Made by a program: the position numbers and the translations under genes. 35,454 nt of DNA from an uncultured Candidatus Saccharibacteria bacterium (GTDB lineage Bacteria > Patescibacteriota > Minisyncoccia > Phycocordibacterales > JABMNX01): assembly GCA_964625905.1 (NCBI GenBank), contig CAZVBS010000003.1, positions 1 through 35,454 on the forward strand. The letters run 5' to 3'. Position 1 is the stretch's first letter, and each line of letters starts with the position of its first letter. Under the pieces are notes generated by a model. It ran no database searches. It was not told where the DNA came from and worked only from the letters and a program-made list of their open reading frames with translations. This document shows, piece by piece, positions 1 to 8,861 of the stretch.

Positions 1-1082
1 GTAAGGTGATTAACACGGAACATATCTTTTGTTATTGTAAATTGTCTAAAATCTACTCTTTCTATCATTGAACTAAACCAATTTTTAAAGTCAGTATCTA
101 CTATAAGAAATACGTCCTGTGGTAAAGAATTTGTTTCTGGTAAAAGTTCTTCACAAGCTCTTCCAAATAGTTCAGTCCATTTCTTTTTTTCTTCAGAGAA
201 TATTTCTTGTATATCGGGGTCTTTATTTTGAGAGTCGATTTTTATACGAGTTAATACATCTTCAGGTACACTTTTTGTTTTCTTTACTATGTCTCGTACG
301 ATTGTGTTTTTTCCATATGGAAACGACAACATCTCTTCTAAGGTTGAATTACGAACAATAGCGATTTCTGTTATTTCTCCAGTAACATCTATTAACATAA
401 AATCTTTTACATCAGTAAACATGTCTCTAATAACAGAAAATACAACTAACATGAATGACCTAAATACTAGCGATATCTTTTGATTAAATGTTTGATGTAT
501 AACAGTACTTATTTTAGTGTGAACTGTGTCAGTCACAGTACTATCAAGAAATGTCACACTTAACCTGTTTACATTTTTCCCAATGGGTGATTCTGTTGGA
601 TAACCATTTAAGATTGAATTAATAGCTATTTCCTCAATAACAACAACTGGCTTTTTATTTATTTTTTTGTTATTTAGACGAACCTTAATTAATAGATTAT
701 CCATAACACGATTTGTTACCTCAAATACATCTTCATTTTCTAATGATATGTTTGTTGTTTGTGTATTACTTAATAATGAAGAGAATACACAAACTATTTC
801 TTTTATAGAAATAGTAGCACCGTCTTTACTATGTAATCCATTTTTTTGTATGTCACTTACTACTTGAGTTAGCACTTCATCTATTTGTTGTAGTAGTTGT
901 TTTTCTTCGGAAATTTTTTGAAAAGGAAGCTGTATCCTTACGGTGTAAGATATGTGTGGAACTTTGTTGTTGAAAGACACCACTGCACCACCTATACTCG
1001 CACTTCCTAAATCAAAAATAATAACAGCACTGTTTGATTTTTTATGTCCTATAAATTGTTTTATGTTTTCAAGTAATTTCAT
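1..1082 (-). CDS. FtsA/PilM-like actin-fold protein (partial, runs off left edge)
   Basis: Not in the ORF track. Manual translation from ATG at 1082 (MKLLENIKQF...) stays open to base 1. Contains IIFDLGSASIGG and LIDVTGEITEI, resembling the two phosphate motifs of actin-like ATPases. Confidence 0.65.
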   Translation of the reverse strand, partial: MKLLENIKQFIGHKKSNSAVIIFDLGSASIGGAVVSFNNKVPHISYTVRIQLPFQKISEEKQLLQQIDEVLTQVVSDIQKNGLHSKDGATISIKEIVCVFSSLLSNTQTTNISLENEDVFEVTNRVMDNLLIKVRLNNKKINKKPVVVIEEIAINSILNGYPTESPIGKNVNRLSVTFLDSTVTDTVHTKISTVIHQTFNQKISLVFRSFMLVVFSVIRDMFTDVKDFMLIDVTGEITEIAIVRNSTLEEMLSFPYGKNTIVRDIVKKTKSVPEDVLTRIKIDSQNKDPDIQEIFSEEKKKWTELFGRACEELLPETNSLPQDVFLIVDTDFKNWFSSMIERVDFRQFTITKDMFRVNHL

Positions 1083-1149
1083 TGTTAGTTATTATAACAA
1101 AACAATAAGTTATAAGTATTAATTGGTAGTCATTTTTTATATACTCAAC

Positions 1150-3012
1150 TTACTCCAATACAGCTCTTATACGTCGTATTCCTGACGATATAGACTTCTC
1201 TTTTGTAATCTTGAAGTGACCGAGTTCTTTTGTGTTTTTCACGTGTGGGCCACCACAAAACTCCATACTAAAGTCGCCAATCTTATATATCTTTACAGTG
1301 TTACCATATTTTTCTCCAAATACGCCAATAGCGCCAAGTCTCTTTGCTTCTTCAAGTGGTAATTCTTCATTGGTTACGATAAGTCCAGCTTGTATTTGTT
1401 CGTTTACAATATCTTCTACTTTTTGTTTTTCTTCGTCTGTCATCTTTCTTTCAAATGAAAAGTCAAAACGCATACGCTCTGGTGTGATATTACTTCCCTT
1501 CTGTGCAATACCGTCACCAAGAACCTGCACAAGTGCCTGATTAAGAAGGTGTGTCGCTGTGTGATACTTAATACTCATTTCACCATGGTCAACAAGACCC
1601 CCTTTAAACTTTTGTTCTGCACCAGAACGAGATAGTTCTTGATGTTTTTTCATCTCATCTCTAAAACTTTTTTCATCCACTTTAATTCCTTTCTCTTGTG
1701 CAAGCTCTTGTGTTAATTCAAATGGAAATCCATATGTAGTAAAAAGCACGAATGCATCATGTCCTCCAATATCGCTACTGCTTAATTTTTCAAACTCTTT
1801 CATCCCTTTCTCTAAAGTCTTTCTAAATTGACCTTCCTCATTATTTATAACTTCAGTGATTTGAGTTGCTTGTTGTGCTAATTCTGGATGACTTTCCTTA
1901 TAACTATCAGTCACGATAGTGGCCATACCTGCAAGAGCTCCATACTCAATGTTAAGTTTATCTGCAAATCTAACTGAACGGCGTATCAATCTTCGTAAAA
2001 TATATCCAGCATCAGTGTTAGATGGTGTTACACCATCACCAATCATAAATACAGAACCGCGAATATGGTCCGCAATAACACGGAAAGACTCTTTGTTTTT
2101 ATCTTCAGAATAAGACTCACTTGAAAACACCTCAATTTGGTCAATAATCTTAGCAAACACATCAATACTGAACACATCAGCGTCGTTGTTTGAAGCCGCT
2201 GTAATTCGCTCTAGTCCGCCACCAAAATCGACATTTTTCTGTGGGAGTTGTTCAAAGTTTCCGTCTTCTTTCTTTATGTATTCCATAAAGACATTGTTAC
2301 CTATTTCCATAAACCTCCCACAGTCACAGTTGGGGTGACAGTATTCACCAAAATTTTTGTCGTGTTCTGTGCCGAAGTCATAAAATATCTCGGAGTCAGG
2401 ACCACCTGGCTCTCCCGCTGGCATCTTGTCTGGAGTACCGGAGCGACTCCACCAGTTTTTCTTAGAATCATAGTAAAAAATACGCTCACCTTCTTTCATT
2501 CCTTTTTTATACCCATCTTCTTCAGAGCCGATTTCTACATCAGTAGCTTCTATCCCCTTTTCTTTAAAGAGTCGCTTCCATATCTTCACAGATTCATTAT
2601 CTTTAGGGATGTTAAGACTTTTATCTCCTGAGAAAACTGTAACGTAAAGCTTTTCAGGATTAAGTCCTACTCCATTTTCCTTGTCAGTTAGAAATTCAAA
2701 AACCCAAGAAAGCTGTTCTTCTTTAAAATAATCTCCCAAAGACCAGTTACCAAGCATTTCAAAAAAAGTTGTATGACGATTGTCACCAACTTCTTCTATA
2801 TCTTCCGCTCTAAAACATTTCTGTGAGTCTACAATACGTGTCCCTACTGGATGTTTTTCTCCAAGTAAATACGGAAGCAGTGGTTGCATACCAGAACCCA
2901 CAAAGAGTGTTGTGGGGTCGTTCTCTGGGCGCAGTGAAGCAGAAGGAATTATTGTGTGTCCCTTACCTTCAAAAAACTTAAGATATTTTTGTCGTACTTC
3001 AGAAGTATTCAT
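1150..3012 (-). CDS. alaS: Alanine--tRNA ligase, short form lacking the C-Ala domain
   Basis: HTTFFEMLGNWS, VDFGGGLER, DHIR and GYILRRLIRR motifs; editing motifs HTATH and CGGPH; ends at GIRRIRAVLE. Confidence 0.97.
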   Translation of the reverse strand: MNTSEVRQKYLKFFEGKGHTIIPSASLRPENDPTTLFVGSGMQPLLPYLLGEKHPVGTRIVDSQKCFRAEDIEEVGDNRHTTFFEMLGNWSLGDYFKEEQLSWVFEFLTDKENGVGLNPEKLYVTVFSGDKSLNIPKDNESVKIWKRLFKEKGIEATDVEIGSEEDGYKKGMKEGERIFYYDSKKNWWSRSGTPDKMPAGEPGGPDSEIFYDFGTEHDKNFGEYCHPNCDCGRFMEIGNNVFMEYIKKEDGNFEQLPQKNVDFGGGLERITAASNNDADVFSIDVFAKIIDQIEVFSSESYSEDKNKESFRVIADHIRGSVFMIGDGVTPSNTDAGYILRRLIRRSVRFADKLNIEYGALAGMATIVTDSYKESHPELAQQATQITEVINNEEGQFRKTLEKGMKEFEKLSSSDIGGHDAFVLFTTYGFPFELTQELAQEKGIKVDEKSFRDEMKKHQELSRSGAEQKFKGGLVDHGEMSIKYHTATHLLNQALVQVLGDGIAQKGSNITPERMRFDFSFERKMTDEEKQKVEDIVNEQIQAGLIVTNEELPLEEAKRLGAIGVFGEKYGNTVKIYKIGDFSMEFCGGPHVKNTKELGHFKITKEKSISSGIRRIRAVLE

Positions 3013-3217
3013 AGAATCTTACCTCCAGCAGATATCCAATAACCATAAAGATGATTCCTAAAATTGCAAGATATTTCTCAAAGCGTATCTCACTCAATAC
3101 TATTCCGTCAATCTTGTGCTCTGTAACAATTTTAGCATGAACCTTTATTACCGTAACACCAAGAAGAACCTTGCCTATAACCCCAAACGTAATTCCCCAA
3201 AAAAGTAAATCTATCAT
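2999..3217 (-). CDS. Small two-TM membrane protein
   Basis: 72 aa with two hydrophobic segments; its TGA stop overlaps the alaS start region. Confidence 0.7.
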   Translation of the reverse strand: MIDLLFWGITFGVIGKVLLGVTVIKVHAKIVTEHKIDGIVLSEIRFEKYLAILGIIFMVIGYLLEVRFYEYF

Positions 3218-3265
3218 ACGTACTAGTATACCCGCGCATCAGCATTTATGCTATTATCTCGTGTA

Positions 3266-4528
3266 ATGAAATTACACACAAAAAAACTCAAAAATGGACT
3301 TACAATTCAGATTATAGAAATGCCCGGAACCAATGTTGTCACATCTCTCATTTTAGTTGGTGCTGGCTCTAGATATGAAGATAAAAAAATAAGTGGCATT
3401 TCACATTTCTTAGAACACATGTTCTTTAAAGGTGGGGAAAGATATAAGACACCTAAAGAAGTAAGTAGTGCTATAGACAGTATAGGAGCAGAGTTCAATG
3501 CCTTTACTGGTAAAGAATATGTAGGTTATTATGTTAAGTCCAGTAAAGAGTTTATAGATATTGGTTTAGATGTTCTAAGTGATATGATGCTGAACGCTCG
3601 ATTTCCAAAAGAAGAAATAGAAAAAGAGCGAGGAGTTATTTTAGAAGAGATGGCTATGTACCAAGACTTACCTATCTATCAAGTGTCTTGGGATTTTGAG
3701 AGAGTATTATATGGAGATCAACCACTTGGTAGAGATCAAATTGGAGAAAAAGAACTAATTAATACAGTGAGTCAAAAAGATTTTTTCGACTATAAACAAT
3801 CTCTTTATGTACCAGAAAATACAGTAATAATCTTAGCCGGAGCTGTTAATGATAAAGATATTGATCATATAGAAAGATACTTCACTTTCAACGATTTAAA
3901 GAAAACTAGAGAAGCAGAACCCTTTAATTCAGATATAACAACAGAGAAATTTAGTATTAGAGAAAAAAATACAGAGCAGTATCATATATCTTTCGGAGTT
4001 TGTGGACTTAAAGAAAAAGATGATAGGTATGTAACGCAAAAGGTATTATCTACTATACTTGGTGGAAATATGTCATCACGGATGTTTCAAAATGTAAGAG
4101 AAGATAAAGGGCTTTGTTATTCTATCAAAACAACATCAGAAGGACTTACTGATGTTAGTAGTTTTGTGACTCGTGCCGGAGTTAAACTAGATGATGTACT
4201 AAAAGCTGTTAAAGCAATTGGGTATGAATATGATTTAGTTGCAGAAAATGGAATAACTGACGAAGAACTAGAGAATGCAAAATCTTTTATAAAAGGAAAA
4301 CTAGATTTAGGAACAGAAGATACTGAAGAGGTTGCAATGTATTACGCTACAAACAAACTATTTCATAATTTAGAAGAGTCTTTCGAGGAATTAAAAGAAA
4401 GAGTCTCTAATGTAACAAAAGAAGAAGTAAATATTCTTGCAAAAGAATTATTACAACCAGAGAGATATCGTTTTGCTGGTATTGGTCCAAAAATAGATGA
4501 AGAAAAACTACTCAAGTTAATTTCTTAA
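3266..4528 (+). CDS. M16 family zinc peptidase
   Basis: Inverted zincin motif HFLEHM, NAFT, ERGVILEE, SSRMFQNVRE. Start moved to the second ATG (MKLHTKKLKNGL). Confidence 0.95.
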   Translation: MKLHTKKLKNGLTIQIIEMPGTNVVTSLILVGAGSRYEDKKISGISHFLEHMFFKGGERYKTPKEVSSAIDSIGAEFNAFTGKEYVGYYVKSSKEFIDIGLDVLSDMMLNARFPKEEIEKERGVILEEMAMYQDLPIYQVSWDFERVLYGDQPLGRDQIGEKELINTVSQKDFFDYKQSLYVPENTVIILAGAVNDKDIDHIERYFTFNDLKKTREAEPFNSDITTEKFSIREKNTEQYHISFGVCGLKEKDDRYVTQKVLSTILGGNMSSRMFQNVREDKGLCYSIKTTSEGLTDVSSFVTRAGVKLDDVLKAVKAIGYEYDLVAENGITDEELENAKSFIKGKLDLGTEDTEEVAMYYATNKLFHNLEESFEELKERVSNVTKEEVNILAKELLQPERYRFAGIGPKIDEEKLLKLIS

Positions 4529-4951
4529 TTATTTAAGAGTTATTAAAATTGCGCCACCTGTCATAAGGAGTGCTCCAAGTATTACCTTTATACCAAACCC
4601 TTCTCCTAAGAATATTGCCGCAAGTAATACCACAAAAACAACACTTAATCTATCAATCGCTACTACTTGAGACGCAAAACCTAGCTTTAGTGCGTAGAAA
4701 TAGAAAAGCCATGAAAGAGCTCCAGCAATACCTGCAAGGGCTATTAAAAGCCATTCTTTAGAGCCTAGACTTGTTATAGAAAAACCGTCAAACTTATTAA
4801 GAAAGAAACTCACTATAACTAAGAATCCAGCCATAATAAGAGCTCGGATTGTTGTTGCAAGAGTTGAATCCAAGTCTTCAAGACCTAGTTTTGCAAATAT
4901 AGCAACAAGCGCTGCCATTATTGCTGATAAGAATGCATATATTAACCACAT
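4529..4951 (-). CDS. EamA/DMT family transporter (single domain)
   Basis: 140-aa hydrophobic protein with SWLFYFYALK, VVAIDRLSVV and FLGE motifs. Confidence 0.9.
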   Translation of the reverse strand: MWLIYAFLSAIMAALVAIFAKLGLEDLDSTLATTIRALIMAGFLVIVSFFLNKFDGFSITSLGSKEWLLIALAGIAGALSWLFYFYALKLGFASQVVAIDRLSVVFVVLLAAIFLGEGFGIKVILGALLMTGGAILITLK

Positions 4952-4958
4952 AGTAATT

Positions 4959-5121
4959 TGATATTACCTCCGACTAACCCTTGACCAAGGATGGGTTCTT
5001 AAATTTCGAGCGAGACGAAGTTAAAAATGATGAGACATATTTAAATATGTCGAAATATTTTTAATCAGTCGTAGCCGAAATTTAGGAATACATGGTCATT
5101 GGTTAGTTGGGGGTAGTGTCA
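4959..5121. repeat. ~160-nt long imperfect palindrome (REP/MITE-like)
   Basis: Nested arms: 4959-4979 with 5101-5121 (several G.T pairs), TGACCA/TGGTCA, TTCTTAAATTTCG/CGAAATTTAGGAA, TTAAAAAT/ATTTTTAA, and a central perfect palindrome GACATATTTAAATATGTC at 5034-5051. Confidence 0.8.
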
Positions 5122-5699
5122 GTATACACTTTCTCTAAGAAAGTCTTGTAATTATTAAATGCTTCTTGTAATTTAACAACTAAAAGATGATCTTTACCTA
5201 AGCGCTCTGTAATAACATCAACAATAGTACTGTAAAAAAGTATCCTGTCTTCAGATGCAAAATCTTTTTTGAATGCCTCTATATTATCAGAGTATGCATC
5301 TAATGCTGAATTAAAATTATGAATCTTGTCCGCAGCTGATACAAGAAGTGAATCTTCTGTTCCAGCCTTAAGTCCTATTATGTATTCTTTTTTCCTATCT
5401 ACCCAGTCTATTTTTTCTCCATTTTTTGTTTTTTGCTCACTAACTCCTTCTACAATTTCTCTTATACGAGATCCAAAGTCTTTTTCAAGTTCATCTGCTG
5501 TATATGGAGTATCTTCAAGTGTGTCGTGTAGAAGTCCTGCAATAAGAATATCCTCGTCTTGTGTGTATTCAGATAATATTACAAATACTGAAAAAAGATG
5601 TGTGATATAAGGTAATTTATTACCACCTTTTCTTACTTGATTTTGATGGAGTGATGAAGCTTTTTGAATAGCTTTTTCTATTTTAGGTGTGTATTTCAT
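5103..5699 (-). CDS. HD-domain hydrolase, Mesh1/small alarmone hydrolase-like
   Basis: H.NQVRK..PYITH, LLHDTLEDT, FG..I..IV and ADKIHN, typical of stand-alone RelA/SpoT hydrolase domains. Confidence 0.88.
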   Translation of the reverse strand: MKYTPKIEKAIQKASSLHQNQVRKGGNKLPYITHLFSVFVILSEYTQDEDILIAGLLHDTLEDTPYTADELEKDFGSRIREIVEGVSEQKTKNGEKIDWVDRKKEYIIGLKAGTEDSLLVSAADKIHNFNSALDAYSDNIEAFKKDFASEDRILFYSTIVDVITERLGKDHLLVVKLQEAFNNYKTFLEKVYTDTTPN

Positions 5700-5755
5700 A
5701 GAGTAAGAAAACTATCTAGTTTCTTTAAAGATTATGTATGAGTATACTATAATTA

Positions 5756-6448
5756 ATGCCAGATTCACATAATATTAATATACCGTTAGAGTGGAAACAT
5801 CTTCTTTCTGATGAATTTGAAAAAATGTACTTTAAAAGTCTTACATCTAAAGTACGTAACGAATATCTTACGCAGACTGTTTTTCCTCCACCAAAACAAA
5901 TATTTCGTGCGTTTGAACTATGCTCTATAAAAGATCTCAAAGTTGTAATTCTAGGACAAGACCCATATCACACACCTGGTGTTGCTGACGGGCTTGCATT
6001 TTCTACGCCTTCTCAAAACAAAATACCTCCCTCCCTTCAAAATATTTTTAAAGAAATAGAATTAGAGTACGGACAGGGTAGAAAAGGAATAGTTAACACC
6101 AACCCAGATCTTACGAAATGGGCTAAACAAGGAGTTCTTCTACTAAACACGTCTCTTTCTGTTAGAAGCGGAGAAGCAAACTCTCACGCTGACAATGGAT
6201 GGCATATTTTTACTGACGCAGTAATATCAGCAATTTCAGAGCACAACAAACATATTGTGTTTATGTTGTGGGGAGCATTTGCTCAAAAGAAATCAGAGCT
6301 TATAGATGAAACCAAACACCTTATATTAAAGTCTGTACACCCTTCACCGCTTTCAGCTCATAGAGGTTTCTTTGGTAATAATCATTTCAAGAAAGTAAAC
6401 ATTTATTTAAAAGAAAATAATAGTAAAGAAATAGACTGGGTTTCTTAG
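5756..6448 (+). CDS. ung: Uracil-DNA glycosylase family 1
   Basis: GQDPYH, PPSLQNI, GVLLLN and HPSPLSAHRGF motifs. Confidence 0.98.
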   Translation: MPDSHNINIPLEWKHLLSDEFEKMYFKSLTSKVRNEYLTQTVFPPPKQIFRAFELCSIKDLKVVILGQDPYHTPGVADGLAFSTPSQNKIPPSLQNIFKEIELEYGQGRKGIVNTNPDLTKWAKQGVLLLNTSLSVRSGEANSHADNGWHIFTDAVISAISEHNKHIVFMLWGAFAQKKSELIDETKHLILKSVHPSPLSAHRGFFGNNHFKKVNIYLKENNSKEIDWVS

Positions 6449-6463
6449 TAAAAAATATTATAA

Positions 6464-6495
6464 ATATAAATTAGCGATTAATCGCTAATTTATAT
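6464..6495. repeat. Perfect 32-bp palindrome between convergent genes (possible bidirectional terminator)
   Basis: ATATAAATTAGCGATTAATCGCTAATTTATAT equals its own reverse complement. Confidence 0.75.
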
Positions 6496-6542
6496 ACTAT
6501 TCTCTGTGATGTACAGTCAATTGAACATAATAAAATTTATAT

Positions 6543-6791
6543 TTATATAGCTCCTTCTTCTTTTAGTTTTTTGTATTTTGTATCTTTTCCTCCTCGATTA
6601 TATTCTCCAATAAAACCATCGGAGCCAATTACTCTATGGCACGGGATTTCAGTGTTATAGTTTGCTTTCATAATACTTCCCACAGCCCGAGCAGCCCTAG
6701 GACTTCCAGCTTTCTCAGCCACTTCTTTATATGAAAGAGTTTTTCCTTTTGGAATATTTTTTACAACACTGAGTACTTTTTCTTTAAACAT
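6543..6791 (-). CDS. Minimal O6-alkylguanine-DNA alkyltransferase (MGMT family, C-terminal domain only)
   Basis: IPKGKTLSY, RAVG, and active-site PCHRV. Confidence 0.92.
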   Translation of the reverse strand: MFKEKVLSVVKNIPKGKTLSYKEVAEKAGSPRAARAVGSIMKANYNTEIPCHRVIGSDGFIGEYNRGGKDTKYKKLKEEGAI

Positions 6792-6796
6792 ATTTT

Positions 6797-7687
6797 TTAA
6801 AATAAGGTTCCTGTGTCTATATGATCCACTTTTCCTGCCCCGTTGGAAGTAGCTTCTTTGGGGTCGTTAGTTCTAACAGAGTCTTTTGTTTTAAGTTTTG
6901 TTGATGGCTTATTGCGTTCTCCTGTTTTAGAAAGATGTATCGCTTGAAGTTTTTTCCCTGAGACTTCCCTATAAGGGCAGTATTCGCAACTTTCTCCTGC
7001 ACGAGGAATTGCATCAGATTCTAGGCATTTTTTGATATTTACTAGAACAGCTTCAATCCAACCGTCTTTCCCAATGTATGGAAGTACTTTGATATCGAAC
7101 TCTAGTTTACCGTTAAAAGCGTCAACATCGGTCTTTGCATTTACGTATACAAAGTATCCTGTATCTGAGACTTTGAATCCGTTTTGTCTAAAGAGCCATT
7201 GATATATTTCCATTTGTCTCTTGTATCCATCTTGCCAATCTGCGTCTAGATTTACTTCACCATCTTTACTTGTCGCTTTATAGTCAACGATAATAAGTTC
7301 GTCGTTCGATGTGACCCACACATCATCTATTGCTCCTGAGACAACAAGACCTGTTTCTTTATGTAGGTAATCTATACCTTCAAAGTTTTCACGCCACGTG
7401 TTCATGTCTTTATGCTCATATGGCACAGCGCCAATACCATACTCTGTCATTATTGGATGCGGAGTCTTATTTCTGCGGTGGATATCAAACTCTTTCTTTA
7501 AGAGTGTGTCGACAGCTATATTGAGGTTGAGTGGGTATCCTGGTGGTCGTTTAGTGCCAAGTTTATTATCAAGGTAGAAACACCTAGGACACGACATAAA
7601 AAGGTCTATCTTAGAACGAGAAAGGCGCCACTTTTTACCGCCGTAATTCCAATCTGCTCTTCTGTTTGGGTTATAGTAACCTGCCAT
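6797..7687 (-). CDS. PD-(D/E)XK nuclease, Cas4/RecB-like, stand-alone
   Basis: LSRS..D.F..CPRCFY, GAIDD, IVDYK, RQMEIY and C-terminal CEYC. Confidence 0.88.
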   Translation of the reverse strand: MAGYYNPNRRADWNYGGKKWRLSRSKIDLFMSCPRCFYLDNKLGTKRPPGYPLNLNIAVDTLLKKEFDIHRRNKTPHPIMTEYGIGAVPYEHKDMNTWRENFEGIDYLHKETGLVVSGAIDDVWVTSNDELIIVDYKATSKDGEVNLDADWQDGYKRQMEIYQWLFRQNGFKVSDTGYFVYVNAKTDVDAFNGKLEFDIKVLPYIGKDGWIEAVLVNIKKCLESDAIPRAGESCEYCPYREVSGKKLQAIHLSKTGERNKPSTKLKTKDSVRTNDPKEATSNGAGKVDHIDTGTLF

Positions 7688-7730
7688 GCAACATATTGTA
7701 ACACAGGATTTTACAGAAAATAAAACAAGT

Positions 7731-7766
7731 AAATTAAACGGCTGGAGTACTCCAGCCGTTTAATTT
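7731..7766. repeat. Perfect 36-bp palindrome (AAACGGCTGGAGTACTCCAGCCGTTT family, copy 1)
   Basis: AAATTAAACGGCTGGAGTACTCCAGCCGTTTAATTT; core identical to the copy at 33300-33339. Confidence 0.9.
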
Positions 7767-7787
7767 TTATTGAATAATATAGATTAG

Positions 7788-8306
7788 TTATATACTTTCT
7801 TCTTGGTTTTTTTCTGGTTGGTCATCTTTTATAATTTTAAGACGACTTCTATTATTAAAATATGCATCGAGTTTAGTTTCAATAAACCACAGTACAGTAA
7901 ATACAAGCAGTGTAAGGATTGTTGTAAATATAGCTATTGCATACAAACTGTATCCTACTGCAACACCTATTCCTGCTGACACCCATAGTCCTGCTGCAGT
8001 GGTTAATCCTTGTAGTGAATTTTCTTTAAAGATTATAATTCCTGCTCCTAAGAAACCAATACCTGTAATAATCCCTGCAACAACACGCATTGGATCAAAG
8101 GAAACGAGTCCAATATACTCAGAAGTTACTTGTATTGATACTATAGAGAATAAACAAGCTCCAAGTGCAACAAGTGCATACGTTCGTGTACCAGCTCTTT
8201 TATCAGCAACAACTGAACGTTCTGTGCCAAGAATCATTCCAAGTAAAACAGCAAGAAGGAGTTGTAAAAATATGACAAATGTTGAGTTTAAAAATATTGG
8301 TTCCAT
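7788..8306 (-). CDS. MgtC/SapB family membrane protein
   Basis: G.ER, AGTRT, DPMRV, GIGFLGAG and GLTTAA.LW motifs. Confidence 0.95.
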   Translation of the reverse strand: MEPIFLNSTFVIFLQLLLAVLLGMILGTERSVVADKRAGTRTYALVALGACLFSIVSIQVTSEYIGLVSFDPMRVVAGIITGIGFLGAGIIIFKENSLQGLTTAAGLWVSAGIGVAVGYSLYAIAIFTTILTLLVFTVLWFIETKLDAYFNNRSRLKIIKDDQPEKNQEESI

Positions 8307-8308
8307 AA

Positions 8309-8860
8309 TTACTCTACGATAAATGTAGTTAAGATTGGTTGGTTTCCGTTTTGTAAGAATGGGAAATCTGTTTCAAGACTAAATTCTTTATCTCCATTGT
8401 CTCTATATAATACAGCCCTGTATGTTATACCAACTTCAGTTGTTCGTAGTAACTCTACATTTCCATTATGTTCTCCTTTATCGAATCGTGCTGCACCAAG
8501 AGCATTTCCAATATGACTAGCGGTTCCTTCGTGTATTACAAGCCAACCGTCTTCTTCTAGAATAACTTTTTCTATTAGGACTGACATTCCTGCAGGTTGA
8601 TTACGAACTATAATTGCGCCACTACGAAGTTGTGCTTCTACTGTTTCTAGTTCTTGTACAGGAGTAGCTATATCTTTTACAACAGTCTCACTAACTATCA
8701 CTTCTCCTTGTTCTTTATCTGAAAGAGCATCTTGAGTTGCTGTCCACATCCATAGAAAAAAAGCTCCGATAACTATTCCAATTAAAAACACTCCTAGTAG
8801 CTTTATATTAAAATTTCGTGGTTCTGAATCCATAAATGTATATTTACTAATATGCTCCAT
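8309..8860 (-). CDS. Single-pass membrane-anchored hypothetical protein with extracellular beta-rich domain
   Basis: N-terminal TM (LLGVFLIGIVIGAFFLWMW); tightly packed between neighbouring genes. Confidence 0.75.
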   Translation of the reverse strand: MEHISKYTFMDSEPRNFNIKLLGVFLIGIVIGAFFLWMWTATQDALSDKEQGEVIVSETVVKDIATPVQELETVEAQLRSGAIIVRNQPAGMSVLIEKVILEEDGWLVIHEGTASHIGNALGAARFDKGEHNGNVELLRTTEVGITYRAVLYRDNGDKEFSLETDFPFLQNGNQPILTTFIVE

Positions 8861-8861
8861 T

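Noticed and set aside
6797-7687. CRISPR-associated cas4
   Set aside because: No cas operon or array nearby, and the Cys pattern differs; treated as a solo PD-(D/E)XK nuclease.
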